A stretch of DNA of 64,000 bases from Lytechinus pictus (GCF_037042905.1 NC_087250.1:21578001-21642000), one strand, 5' to 3'. Counted from the first letter of the stretch, positions 37,361-50,674 are shown. Notes: generated by a model not told the origin, from the letters alone. A program made the numbers and translations.

Positions 37361-39193
37361 GTCTCGCCTGCATAGCAGAGCGAGACTATAGGCGCCGCTT
37401 TTCCGACGGCGGCGGCGTCAACATCAAATCTTAACCTAAGGTTAAGTTTTTGAAATGACATCATAACTTAGAAAGTATATGGACCTAGTTCATGAAACTT
37501 TGACATGAGGTTGATCAAGTACTACTAAACATCCTGCCTGAGTTTCAGGTCACATGACCAAGGTCAAAGGTCATTTAGGGTCAATGAACTGAGACCATGT
37601 TGGGAAAATTATTTTCAAAATCTTAACCGAAGGTTAAGTTTTTGAAATGACATCATAACTTAGAAAGTATATAGACCTAGTTCATGAAACTTGGGCATAA
37701 GGTTAATCAAGTATTAGTGAACATCCTGGTCGAGTTTCAGGTCACGTGATCAAGGTCAAATGTCATTTAGGGTCAATGAACTTTGGTCAAGTTGGGGGTA
37801 TTTGTTGAATTACTATCATAACTTTGAAAATTTATGGATCTAGTCCATGAAACTTAGACATAAGGTTAATCAAGTATTAGTGAACATCCTGCCTGAGTTT
37901 CAGGTCACATGACCAAGGTAAAAGGTCATTTAGGGTCAATGAACTTTGGCCAAGTTGGGGGTATTTGTTGAATTACCATCATAACTTTGAAAATTTATGG
38001 ATTTAGTTCATGAAACTTGGACATTAGGTTCATCAAGTACCACTGAATATCCTGTGCGAGTTTCAGGTCACATGACCATGGTCAATGGTCATTTAAGGTC
38101 AATGAACTTTGGCCGTGTTGGGGGTATATGTTAAATTACCATCCTAGCTCTGAAAGTTTATGGATCTAGTTCATAAAACTTGGACATAAGAGTAATCAAG
38201 TATCACTGAACATCCTGTACGAGTTTCAGGTCACATGACCATGGTCAAAGGTCATTAAAGGTCAATGAACTTTGGCCGTGTTGGGGGTATTTGTTGAATT
38301 ACCATCCTAACTGTGAAAGTTTATGGATCTAGTTCATAAAACTTGGGATACAAGAGTAATCAAGCATCACTGAACATCCCCTGTGAGTTTCAGGTCACAA
38401 AACCAAGTCAAAGGTCAGTTAAGGTCAATAAACTTAGGCCATGTTGGGGTAATTGTTGAAGTGCCATCATAACTTTGAAAATTTATGGATTTAGTTCATG
38501 AAACTTGGACATTAGGTTGATCAAGTACCACTGAATATCCTGTGCGAGTTTCAGGTCACATGACCATGGTCAATGGTCATTTAAGGTCAATGAACTTTGG
38601 CCGTGTTGGGGGTATATGTTAAATTACCATCCTAGCTCTGAAAGTTTATGGATCTAGTTCATAAAACTTAAACATAAGAGTAATCAAGTATCACTGAACA
38701 TCCTGTACGAGTTTCAGGTCACATGACCATGGTCAAAGGTCATTAAAGGTCAATGAACTTTGGCCGTGTTGGGGGTATTTGTTGAATTACCATCCTAACT
38801 GTGAAAGTTTATGGATCTAGTTCATAAAACTTGGGATACAAGAGTAATCAAGCATCACTGAACATCCCCTGTGAGTTTCAGGTCACAAAACCAAGTCAAA
38901 GGTCAGTTAAGGTCAATAAACTTAGGCCATGTTGGGGTAATTGTTGAAGTGCCATCATAACTTTGAAAGTTTATGGATAGAGTGAATGAAATGTGGACAT
39001 GGGTGTAGTTGACAGTCTTAAGTCTCCGTTCAAATGTCATTTATGGTCAATGAACGTGGTATTATGTCATTATATGAATGATGTTTTTGTGAATGATTAT
39101 TTATATAGTAGTTTATAGTAGTTTTCAAAGTTAGCACTGCTGCTATATTAAATTGCGTAATGCAGGCGAGACTGCCAAAGGCGTTCCACTTGT
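37361..39193 (+). mobile_element. Helentron-associated non-autonomous element (HINE/DINE-1-like) carrying a ~163-bp satellite array
   Basis: SubTIR GTCTCGCCTGCAT (37361-37373) has its exact inverse at 39160-39172. There is a short 5' IR GCGAGAC (37380-37386), a 3' mini-hairpin TGCC-AAA-GGCG, T-rich flanks and no TSD. Confidence 0.85.
37420..39055. repeat. Tandem array of ~10 units (first ~192 bp, the rest ~163 bp) with a duplicated 488-bp trimer
   Basis: CATCATAACTT-type anchors occur at ~37459, 37651, 37814, 37977, 38139, 38302, 38465, 38628, 38791 and 38954. Confidence 0.95.
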
Positions 39194-39259
39194 TTTTGTA
39201 TATTTTTCCTTCAGTAATGCCAAATGTCTTCTAACTGTAGCTGTGTATTATGTAGCAGG

Positions 39260-40786
39260 CAGTGGCGTACCGTGGGTCACGGCATTGGGGGGGGCACCAG
39301 CAAAAAATTCGAGTCACTTAGGGAGCGCGCGAAGCGCGTTCAGTTGTCAGGTATACTGACCTAATAGAGATATTTTAAGGACATGCAGTGCCATTAAACG
39401 GATATGTATCTCACTGATAAAATAGTGCGAGCGCGAAGCGCGAGCTGAAAATTTTTGATATTCAGAGCTAAAAAGGGACATTATAAGCAATTTATTTTTG
39501 TAATCATGATACATAACTGTCTCGCTAAACAAACAATGCGAGCACGAAGCGCGAGCTAAAATTTTTGTATATATTGACCCTAAACAGGAAAATTTTAAGG
39601 ACTATATTTTAGAATCCATTAAGAGTATGAATATCTCACCATAGTCATCTAATGCTAGTGCCATCCGTTGCTGATTTTGTTAGAATTACATCTAAACACA
39701 GACCATGAAGCACCTTTTGTAGTCATTGTAATCATGATTATCTTACGCATCTTACTAATCAAATACTGCAAGTGCGAAGCGCTAGCTGAAAATTTAGGAA
39801 ATTCAGACCTGAAGAGATGCATTCTAAGGCTTGTTTGTAGGAATTCCCTAAGACCGTACGTATTTCACTAACCAAATAATGCGAGCGCGAAGCGCAAGCT
39901 GAAAATTTTGTATATATCGACCCCAAACATGGATATTTTAAGGACTATGTTTTTTAGGAATCCATTAAGAGTATACATATCTCACCATAGTCATCTAATG
40001 CGAGTGCCAAGCGCTTGCTGATTTTGTTAGAAATTAGAATTACATCTAAACACATGAAGCACTTTTTGAAATCATTGTAATCATGATTATCATACGCATC
40101 TCACTAATCAAATACTACGAGCGCGAAGCGCGAGCTGAAAATTTAGGAAATTCAGACCTGAAGAGGGGCATTCTAAGGCTTGTTTGTAGGAATTCACTAA
40201 GACCCTACGTATTTCACTAACCAAATGATGCGAGCGCGAAGCGCGAGCTGAAAATTTTTTATGTTCAGATCAGAAAAATTGTCATTTTAAGGACTGATTT
40301 TAGGAGTTCATGAAGAGCAGAAATCTCACCAATCCACTAATGCGAACGTTAGCACGGACAGGAAATGTTTTATATTAAGACCTTAAAATAGGGCAATCAC
40401 TTTAAGTAGTCATGAAAAAGAAGAATATGTCACTACATAAAACAATAATAACTCGAATTGCGAGGAAAAATATATTTGTTGTATATTGATTTAAAAACGG
40501 GAGGTTTTAGTACAACAGGATTATATATCTCGTTAAACAGTCTATGCGAGCACCAGGAACAATGAAGACACAATGAAGCAAATAATGTTTCATAAAGTCA
40601 TGAAAAAATGCTTCTTATGTAATATAACACAGTATAATATAACATTATAATGAACAATAATATATTCTTTCCCCACTACGTTTCTCTTCCTTTTCCCTTC
40701 CTTTTCCCCGTTTTTTTTTTTTGGCCAGCCGATTGGGGGGGGGGCACGTGCCCCCCCACGCCCCCCCCCCCGTAGTTACGCCACTG
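39260..40786. mobile_element. Non-autonomous hAT transposon with internal repeats of GCGAGCGCGAAGCGCGAGCTGAAA
   Basis: Perfect 8-bp TSD GTAGCAGG (39252-39259, 40787-40794) and TIRs CAGTGGCGTA/TACGCCACTG. Confidence 0.92.
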
Positions 40787-40937
40787 GTAGCAGGCAATGT
40801 AACTTAACTTGTAATGATTGTTTCTTATGTAGGCCTTTAAGAAATGAACAAGAATCTGAAACTAGTTTTGATGAAAATTATGGGTACTTTGAAAATTTGA
40901 TAAATAATATTATACCCCTACGGAATTTGGAAATGCC

Positions 40938-41259
40938 TTGAAATTACATGGTGAGAAAAATCTGATTTTGGCAAATTTCAATTGCCGTAGTTTAAAGTGT
41001 AATTTTGAGACATTCACTAATTGTCTTGATGAAATTGGTCAGAAATTGTCATTTATTGGTATTTGTGAAACATGGCTCAATAATGAGGAAGAACATGAAT
41101 GTATGATTCCAGGTTATACATTTGTAGGCAAACACAGAAATAATAAAAGAGGAGGAGGCGTAGGTATGTATATAAATGATTATATAAAATATATTAAACG
41201 CCCAGACTTGGTCACATTTACTGAAAATATCGAAATCCTGTTCATTGACATTCCAAATT
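40938..41259 (+). pseudogene. N-terminal AP-endonuclease fragment of CR1/L2-group ORF2
   Basis: NFNCRSL, IGICETWL, IPGYTF and RNNKRGGGVGMYI motifs. It is in the same orientation as, and downstream of, the ORF1 at 35085-37250. Confidence 0.9.
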
Positions 41260-41555
41260 TCTTGGTGGAAGCTGAATGGTGAGGTGAAGCTCTGTCCTGC
41301 AGGAAAATCTGCCCTTGAAAGAGGGAATGTAGCTGGAGGTCAGAATCTCTTGATACTGAATGCTGTCCACGTACTCTGCAGATCTTTGTTGCACCACCAG
41401 ATCTGATGTAGCCCCAAGATCTGCAGAGAAGATGGGACCATTTACAGCATTAGGTTTTTAACAGATTCTGACCTCCAGCTACATTCTTACCTACCTACAA
41501 GGGCAGATTTTCCAGCAGGATGGAGCTCTTTGTCACACGTCAGCTTCCACCAAGA
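41260..41555. mobile_element. Palindromic MITE-like element or fragment truncating the LINE ORF2
   Basis: TCTTGGTGGAAGCTGA...GAATGTAGCTGGAGGTCAGAATCT is inverted at AGATTCTGACCTCCAGCTACATTC...TCAGCTTCCACCAAGA. Confidence 0.7.
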
Positions 41556-41934
41556 CATTTATTCAGCACAAGAAGATCAAATGTCTTGAAAATAGGACAG
41601 CACAGTCTCCAGACATGACTTTATTGAGCATGTATGAAGCAGAATGAATGAGAGCACATGGAAACGAAGCCAAATAATGTGGGGGGAGTTGTGGAACACT
41701 CGTGAGGCCATCTTTTATGCCATTCTGATGCCTACATCAACAAACTGGTACGACCCCCTCCCAAGACAAGGCCAAAATAAGGCACAGCAGATACTAAAGT
41801 GTTGATTCCTGGTGTTGCAGTTAGTATGATGTTGATGTGATGTCAGAAGCAATGTTTGTTGATTCAGTCTGAATGATTTGTAAATTGCGACATGACTTTT
41901 GTCCAGCTGAAAAAAAAGGCCTACTTGACATTAT

Positions 41935-42420
41935 TCAATTCAATTCAAATAAAACATTTATTTTCTTCTATTTCATCACATAGTTTTCTTGTAACATACA
42001 TACATAAATACATAAATCAATTTGTTATGAAAAATATAAATATATACATGTTGGGTTTAAGGAAGAAGGCGTATACCCTAAAAGCTGAGGCTTGTGGCGG
42101 GATACGCCTATAGACATAAATACAATACAATCAACAATACAAAGGAAAGGGCAGAGAAAAGAAGAAAAGGAAAGGGAACAAGAGAGGGAGACGTGAGCGG
42201 GGAGGCGGGCATGAAAATAGAATGCTCAACAAAATATCAGTGGGGGGCAAAATATAAATGCCGCAACCACAATTGTCCATGGTTCATGTTATCATGTTTA
42301 AAGTCAAAAGGAAACGTAAGATGAGAAATATTTATATATACAACGACAGAAGCAATTTTTTTCATTTTATACTTAAAGCTGGTTGTCGATAGAGATTTTT
42401 TTATGTAATCCGGAATTTCA
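41935..42420 (-). mobile_element. 3' end of an L2/CR1-group LINE
   Basis: The minus strand gives an IPDYIKK.LSTTSFKYKMKK-like ORF2 end, then AATAAA and a (TTGAA)n tail at ~41935-41947. Confidence 0.6.
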
Positions 42421-43536
42421 ATTTATGTCACTGTTCTCATTAGCGTAGATTAAATTTAATTTCTCTGCTGCAAAATAACATTTTTAAACATTAGAATTAA
42501 TCTGAAAGATATCAAAGATCACATGATTTTTGGTATAGTTAGAAAGTGATTACTTCATCAGAAGTACCTGCGACAAGACTTATGTACATTACAGTAATAC
42601 GCTAATGGTTTTCTGTGGTTGTAATAGTTCAACTACTTGAGGTATTAATACCTTATTATGAAATACCTTACTTCGTTTTGTATATCTTTGCATTTGTTGG
42701 TCATTTGCCATTATCAGGGGAAGCGGAATTTCAATAAACTTGAACTAAATCTTTTAAAATACACGAACTACCCTTTCTGCATGGTCATTCATTAGGGATA
42801 TAACTGTTTGGGGATACAATTGCATAAGGCCTATGTGTGTTACCATATATCCATATATCTCTCTAACTATGCCATCAAAATTAGAAATAACTGCTATCGA
42901 ATATTTATTTCGGCACCTTCGGAGTTGACGCTGATTAAAGGTAAAACCTGGGTCTGTTAAAAAAGCACGAACTTTGAGAGATTGTGTAGATGAATCATCT
43001 TTAGCCTGCAACCATCATAGCACTGTCATCGAAATGTTGTTGTTGTTGTTGAATATGATGGCGCTCTTCAATCTCTCCAGATTATACGCGCCAGTCACTT
43101 TCGTAAGTAGGACGTCGTCGGCAAAGGAGATCCATACGACGTTAAACCATTGGTGACGATTATATGACATATTAATATAGATTAGTCACCCATCCACCTA
43201 TTATATTAGTAGGTCCTACAAGATTAAACATCTTCGAGGAATAATACTTCAATACAAATAGAGAAATTAAATATCGCGCGTGCTAAATGATTGTTCGTGA
43301 AAAAGGGCACACCAGCTAACCAATCGGCTACTAGTTATATATTTATAGAATTTCTTAAAATATTCGTCAAATAACAATTCAAATGTGATATCACATACAA
43401 TTACACGCCCTTCTTATTCTTTTGTCTCGTCTTTTCCTAGTTTCTTATTAATACAATTTTTAAATCCTTCTTGTGTTTGAAAGAAGAAAAAAAAAAAAAG
43501 GAAAAAAAAAAAGAAGAAAAAAAAAAGGACACACAC

Positions 43537-45005
43537 CTAACTGTAAAAACGGTTAGTGGCATATATAAAACATAGTAGTTCCCGTGTATAATCGGGATTA
43601 ATTAACAATTGTTTAAGATTCGGGTCATTCATCTTAAGTTTATTAAACATAATGCGTCTCTCCTTTACATATTTTAAACAAAATAAAGCATAATGTTCAA
43701 TAGTCTCAAATTCTTTGCACGCCTCACAGAGGCCGGAAGAGTGCTGTTTAATTTGAAACATATAATAGTTTAATTTGCACTTACCTACTGTGATTTGATG
43801 AAGGAGGCATTCCTCTTTCCGAGAAAAACCTTTTCTATATGCCTGCTTAAAAACATTATCATGAATAGCATATAAAAATCTACCATTTCTAGACGCATTC
43901 CAATCTGCTTGCCAGATACTTTTATAAAATGTCATGCGTGAGCATGTGAGTTCATTTATAGTGTTTGGTAAAACGATGTCTACAAAATTTTTCGCGGCTC
44001 CTTTCTTGGCAGCTTTATCGACGATCTCATTGCCGTTAACATCACAATGTGAGGGAATCCATTCAAAATTAATACAGATATCATTCATACTGAGTTTATG
44101 AATTTTAAATAAAATTTCATTAACAATGGTGCATTTTATGAAATATGAATCAATCACATTCAGCGCTGACAAAGAGTCGCAAAAAATTACAACTGAACAT
44201 GGTTTATCAAAGGATTCTAACCACTCAAGTGCCATTAAAATGGCCAGGAGTTCCGCTCTCATGATACTTACATTGGATAACCTGAAATACTTTTTTATTT
44301 TATATTGAGGAACATAAAATGCTGCCCCCGTTCTAAAATTTTCCTGTTTGGATCCATCAGTATATATATGTAAATAACCATTCCACACAATTCCAATTCT
44401 TTCTAGAACGATAGCTTTCATCTCGGCCGTTAGCATATCCTTTTTTCTAATTATACGATGAGCACAAAACGACACAGGAGGGCGGGACAAACGCCATTCC
44501 GGGATTCTTGTTAATAAGTTGTCTTGCTTCTCTACAAGTACCTCATCACTACAGGCTCGAAGTTTGAAAGGTCTTTCCCCTTCCTTCCATTCGTGTCTGT
44601 TCGTATGTTCAATGAAAATTTCTGTACTTGGATGGCATAAAGTGCTAAACAACAAATAATATCTAAATTTATCATTAAACAGTTTTCTCCGAAGATACAA
44701 CGGTAATTCACCAGTCAAAACTTGTAGAGACTCTAATGATACATTGTATATCGTTCCTGTGATGATTTTCAAAGCTCTATATTGTATAGAGTCAAGCTTT
44801 TTCTTATGAGATGTACAGGCAGAATCATACATTTCACTTCCATAGTCTAAAACAGATAAAATAAGACCTTTGTATATCATCATCAAAATTTCATACCTAT
44901 TCCCCCAGGACGTACCCGAAACGCAACGTAATAAATTTAATCTTTTCTTACATTTATCAATAATCGCATTAATGTGGCTAGACCAAGTTAGTTTTGAGTC
45001 TAACC
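43537..45005 (-). pseudogene. ORF2 C-terminal half (RT thumb, RNase H, zinc motif), still open
   Basis: The 449-aa ORF extends in frame to the insertion site. The join reads FLGMWLDSKLTWSSHINAIIDKC once the insert is removed. Confidence 0.9.
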
Positions 45006-47916
45006 CATAGAGATGTATACTAGTAACGCTAGAGGGCGTACTTCGTCAAATCGCTGTGATTACGTGGAGACCGTCCGCCATTGCTCGATAGGTATTCGCA
45101 GCCTGCCATGAGCGTACAGTACCTATGGGGCATGTACACGGATGAGCACAGAACATGACAAATTGATGACATATGAGCACGAAAGCATATGGAAAAGCAA
45201 AATTGTAAATATTGCACTGGATTAAAGTTCAAATACAACAAAAATCTAGCAAAACTGAGGTCAAAAGGCCTATATAGGCCTATCTATAGCGCATAATATA
45301 GGCCGATACAGCTATAATACAGGCAAACGATTTAAAGTCCCAATTGTTTTTGCTTAGGTAAAATTTCGATACATTAATATGACTTCTATTTTCTAATGAT
45401 TTGGAAGAGATGAATATCAAAAATAACATTTAGGCCTAGGTCCTGATAAATAAATTTAATGTGTTTTAATATGATTTGATGTACATTAACCTAAGAAAAT
45501 TCATAGGCCATATCACAGTGTCTGATGCATCTGAGACGCTGTATCGAAAAAAAAACCACGATTGTATTTTTATAGTTCATAGTTTCCTAATTACTATTAT
45601 GCTGATTGCTGATAATTTATTTCTTCACTTTAGATAATTGTTATAATTCATTTTCCATATATATCTACACAATAGGGCCTATAATAACTCGATCCCTTTT
45701 CCCCATGTCTTACACGCTGATGTAAACCAACATCACAAAAACTCGCGAATCATAAAATGACTTTTTTGATATTTGGAAATGATTTACGCATTGATTCAGT
45801 TAAAAATTGATGATTTAGATTTCCTTTGCTGGCAACCATCCCATCATATTTATAAATATGTATATAAAAGTATACTTTCTTACTTGCGATCAATGTATAG
45901 AAAAGTTTGTTGACAGCAAAATTTGCATATCAAATGCGCGCATGCAGTCGTACAATTTTGGAATGTACAGGAGGCCTAATGGGGGGTTGGATGTTTATGT
46001 ACAGTGTTATTGCCTTGCAAACATTTTAAAACTTCGGAGAGTAAACAAATCACAATGCGCAAAACAATTTTACTTTGATTTTCTGGAAAGTATAGACTTG
46101 ATTCTCCCCGGCTGAAAATATGCTGATCGGCAAACTGGCTGAAATATTTTGTTTATCGCCGTTGTTTCTGATCCTATAATGATTGGACCAATATCATGTG
46201 AACAAATCAAGGATAGAATAATAAGGAGAGGAAGAAGGGGGAGAAGGAGAGAAGAAAAGGGGCGGGATTATGATATATAATTTGTATTATACTATAAAGA
46301 ATATTATTACTACTGCAAGAGTGTATAAAACTAATATCATGAAAGACATCAATGCAAACTTATCATAATTATGAAAACGGTTGCAAAATTGTGAGTACTA
46401 AAACCAAACATAATTATGAAACAATAATATTGCAAAAGTGACAATACTTGGAATAAGATATTAAAAATCCTAATTTAATCTCAAATTTGATACCTGCCTT
46501 GAAATTGTGTTAATTAACTGTGTCTGTGTCGCTTGAATAAATGAACTTTATGGCAAATATTTGTAAGCACTGGCACCGGCCTAACATATAAACAGATAAA
46601 CACGCGTTTTGAATATCCAGTTTTGTTTTTCATTTTAAAAGTATAACTGAATTTGATTTTCTAGTTTTCTTCCTTTAATATCATTTGCTGGCCTATGGAC
46701 CTGAGTTTGGTTATTTGATCAGTTTTTTTTAAATAAGATTTCCATGGATGAACAAAATTATTATATTATGTTAATTACGGCGTCGCGGAATGATTTTGAA
46801 AGTGATGGGGTGCATAAAATCACAATCATTTATTATGTGTAATGTTCATTTTCATTTCAGGGAGGGGTCCGGTCGCGCCCCCTGTATTTTATTTTGATCA
46901 GTATGTTAAAGCGAATTTGCTTAGGTGTGTTTGTTATTTTAATTGCACACACGGCCCCTAAAAAGCGAATTAAAACAAATCTAACTTAAAGTGAAGGGAA
47001 TTAAAACTGTCATTTTTGAAAAGTTTGAACAAATTAGGCTATATTCTCGACATTTTAAATCAATATTTTATTTTCGGGCCATATAGGCCTGCAGATTTTG
47101 GGGAATTTATTATGTTCCTATAAGAACAAAATCAGCACGTTCACCAAATAACACAAATTTCAACATTGATGGTGTAACGGGAGGCTCACCAAGAACAATA
47201 ATGAGATGCCCTTTAATAGCGCATGTAGATCAAAACACTAACTTATACAGAATTATTGTACAACTTAATATATAAAAATGATAGGCCTATATTTCATACA
47301 AATTAAAGCAAGTTACATATCATGTAGGCCTATATAGAAATTACAAAATTATATCCAACATAAACATAGAATCAAAGGACGTAAATGTGGGAAGGATGGA
47401 AGGAGGACGATGCAGTTAAAGGTAGGGAAATCCAGAGAAGGGCTAATTCACTGCAGTCTTTTGAATTAATTGTCAATCTTTCTATTAATGTCCGCTGTAT
47501 GTTTTTATTTTTATATGATTGTTTATATGATAGTATATCAACATTGTTATCTATTACAGGCCTATAAACGGACAGGTAAATGCAAATTATTTAGAATTTC
47601 ATCCCGAGAAATCAGGTTTTTAAAATGCCAAATTAATAGCATAATCCCCATGTAATCACTCTAATAGTGTATTGAGATGCAATTTGTCATTCATATTTTC
47701 GATTTTTATGAGGTTGTGTTCTTTTCTTCAAGAAAAAGGCCGGAGACGGCACCCCTTTTCACAGCGTTACAACGCACGAGCTATGGGTACATCCGGGTAC
47801 TTTTGCGAATCTATACCTATCGAGCAATGGCCGCCACGCTCCACACAATCACAGACGTTAAGTACGCGCGCCTATGGCGACTCCGCACTCTAGCGTAGTT
47901 AGTATACATCTCTATG
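45006..47916. mobile_element. P-element-like non-autonomous transposon (2.9 kb)
   Basis: Perfect 8-bp TSD GTCTAACC (44998-45005, 47917-47924). TIRs CATAGAGATGTATACTA..ACGCTAGAG.GCG have imperfect inversion continuing ~100 bp. CATAG termini with an 8-bp TSD fit the P superfamily. Confidence 0.85.
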
Positions 47917-48340
47917 GTCTAACCACATACCAAGAAATTTGAACTGCTCACAATGAGGCAAAACATGCCCATTTATTTTCAAAGTAATATCTTTCTTTTG
48001 TTTATTGGTAAAAACTAAAACTACAGACTTTGTGTGAGAAATATTTAATTTCCATCTCCAGCACCAGATTTCGATTTCATGGAGGGCTTCTTGCAGCTTT
48101 TGGCGAACCAGATCTAAGTTTGAGCTAGTAAACCAAATCGCGATATCATCTGCATAACATGATAGCTTTACTCCACTTTCTTTAATCTTTAAGTCATTTA
48201 ACATCAATGTAAAAATGACAGGACTTAATGAGCTCCCTTGCGGGATTCCGTGCTCTAATACATAATTGTCTGACATACTATTGTTAACTTTCACGTTACA
48301 ATATCTATTTCTTAAGAAAGCTCTAATAAAGAAAAATAAT
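47917..48340 (-). pseudogene. RT core fragment of the I-group LINE
   Basis: GIPQGSSLSPVIF, CYADDIAIW and FKFLGMWLD motifs. Confidence 0.92.
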
Positions 48341-49165
48341 TTTCCACTAATATGTATCTATACCATATTTCATGTCGTAGATGGCGCCCTTAGGTTTTGT
48401 GACGGAGATAACACAGAATTACGGGACATAAAATATCCGACAAAATTGTTGTTTTCTTGCAAAATTTTCAACATGTACTCATATTTACATATATTCATTC
48501 AAGAAAAGAACTATCATCGGTATTTCTCAGGCACAGAGCCTAATATAATATTCATCCATTCGGAATTTATGAAATTATGATTCAATTTTGATGATATCGT
48601 CGGGACATGCGGTTGTATTAGGGGGTTCGGCACATTCAGACAAAACAACAACAAAAAATCACCGAACAGATTAATTTCTCCAAACTCCGTTAATATACAT
48701 TGTTAAAGACATTCATGTCAGCATAAATAGAGAAAAGTTAAAGTTAAAATCACATAAATATTTCTTTGATTATCATGATTATTATGATTATCGGGACACA
48801 AAAGGAGACACTTAAGTTTGCGAAGAATCACCATCATAATGAGTGACCTGTGCTTTTGTGCTCCTGGAAAATCTTGGTAAAAACCTACCTTAGCCTTGAA
48901 ATAACCCTCTTACTACGGTTATTGAGTCTTCAATTGAGAAGATTAACAAAAACTGACATTTGAACAAAATCAACAGGAGCAGTACTCAACCGCGTAGCCA
49001 GGATTTCATTTAGGAGGGGGCGGTAAATGCACGCGAAGCGTGCCAACAATAGGGGGTGGGTGCAGGGAGGGGGAGTTTCCCTATCCCTTGCGAAGCGCGA
49101 AGTTTTCGGTGTTTCATAAATTAAAATGAAAATGAGCCGTCTCTCTTGTCTCTAGTATTATATAT

Positions 49166-50575
49166 TTGTTAGAAGAATGGATAGACATGATAGAGACGAA
49201 GGATTTTCGATTTAAATCTGAAAAATTTAAAGGAAATGTTTTTAACAATAAATTTGTACGAATTCAAGGGAAATGCATATTTAACCCAAAGGTATGTGAA
49301 AATAATATTTACAGACTGAAAAAAATTATGGATTATGATAGAAACTCAAGGTCTTTTTCGTACTTCCAAAGACAGGGTTTAAACATAAATGATTTTCATT
49401 TGATAGAGTCAATTTATAAAACTATTCCAGTCAGCTGGAAACAAAATATGAAAATAGATAGCAAAGAGGCTTCTCTTAGGGAAGAAATATCATTTATATC
49501 TGAAAAAGAATTTTGTCAATAGATCTAGAGGAGTTAGTATCCAAAAAGGTTTATGTAAATTTTATGAAATGTAACTTCGCAATACCTGATGTTTTCGAAA
49601 GGTTAAAAAACAAATATAGTTTTTCTTATGAACAGATTGAACACATTTTTATGAGACCAAGACAATGTACTCTGAACAGTAGATTAAGAGAGTTTCAGTC
49701 TAAAATGTTGCCCGGTATTGCTTATACAAATCATTACTTGTTCCGTTTTAAAATCTCACAAAATAATCTGTGTTGTTATTGTAAAAAAGAGGAGGAAACA
49801 TATCGCCATCTATTTTTGGAATGTGAATATGCTTGTTTGGTTTGGGATAATTGTAAGGAGATGTTTGGTTTTATTTCTACGGGTAATTTAAGCTGGGAGA
49901 AAATTCTTGTAGGTGTAGAATTAAAGGACGAAGGAAAGGAACGCTTAGTCAATCATTTTGTGATCTTTGTTAATTTTTAATCTTCAAAGGGAGGGAAAAG
50001 GGTGCACTTATAACCATGGATGAAATTAAAAGGAAATTTAAAGGAGAAGAATGGGAAGAAAGAAGGCTGGCGTTAGGTAGAGGCAAAAATGTATCTACAT
50101 TTAAGGAAATGGGAAAATCTTAATTAAAGGAATATAAATAGGAAGAGTGGTGCAAAGGTATATATACAGCGAGAGACAAAACCACAAAACAAAACAAAAA
50201 TAAACAAAATCACAGAAAAAACAAAAACAATACGGAGAATTGAAGTCCCTTCCATGTAGAATATAGGCATAAAGGGGAGGGTGCTCCTAACCTGGGGACG
50301 GGGGGGGGGGGAGGTAGAACATCACTTTTTATCTTTTTTTCTCTCTCTTATCATTTCATACATCTTGTTAATATTTCATTTTGTAATTGCTGAAACGCAT
50401 TAGTATTAATTTCAAGTATCTTTGAAGTTTGATGTATAATTTGTATGATTATACTTGTTATGGTTTTATTGTATAATTTATAATCATGTTTCAAATAATA
50501 TGTACAACTTGCTTATGGAATGTGAATGTGTAATTTGATTTGAGAGAATTCAATAAAACATCCTTTAAAAAATAC
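49166..50575 (+). mobile_element. 5'-truncated Tx1/L1-like LINE (ORF2 C-terminus plus 3' UTR)
   Basis: VFNNKFVRI, IPVSWK, LREFQ and CCYCKKEEETYRHLFLEC (zf-RVT-like) motifs; AATAAA at ~50552 plus an A-rich end. Confidence 0.85.
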
Positions 50576-50674
50576 ATTAAAAAATCGAAAAGAAGTTTTG
50601 TATTTTTGCAGATTTCAGTCGTTTTATTTTTCATTAGTTTGAAACCTTTTTTAATCGATTATACAATATTGATT

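Larger units (their letters stand above)
43035..48345 (-). mobile_element. 5'-truncated I-group (Nimb/I/Ingi-like) LINE with RT, RNase H and a C-terminal Cys/His motif, interrupted by a DNA transposon
   Basis: RT motifs GIPQGSSLSP, YADD and FKFLG at 47925-48340; RNase H motifs IYTDGSK, AELLAI, FCDSLSAL, WIPSH and GNEIVDKAAK; CEAC...H...C; (CAA)n tail at ~43035-43051. Confidence 0.92.

Noticed and set aside
37420..39055. Repeat array as CRISPR or coding repeat
   Set aside because: The whole monomer is repeated with no spacers and no ORF, and it lies within HINE termini.
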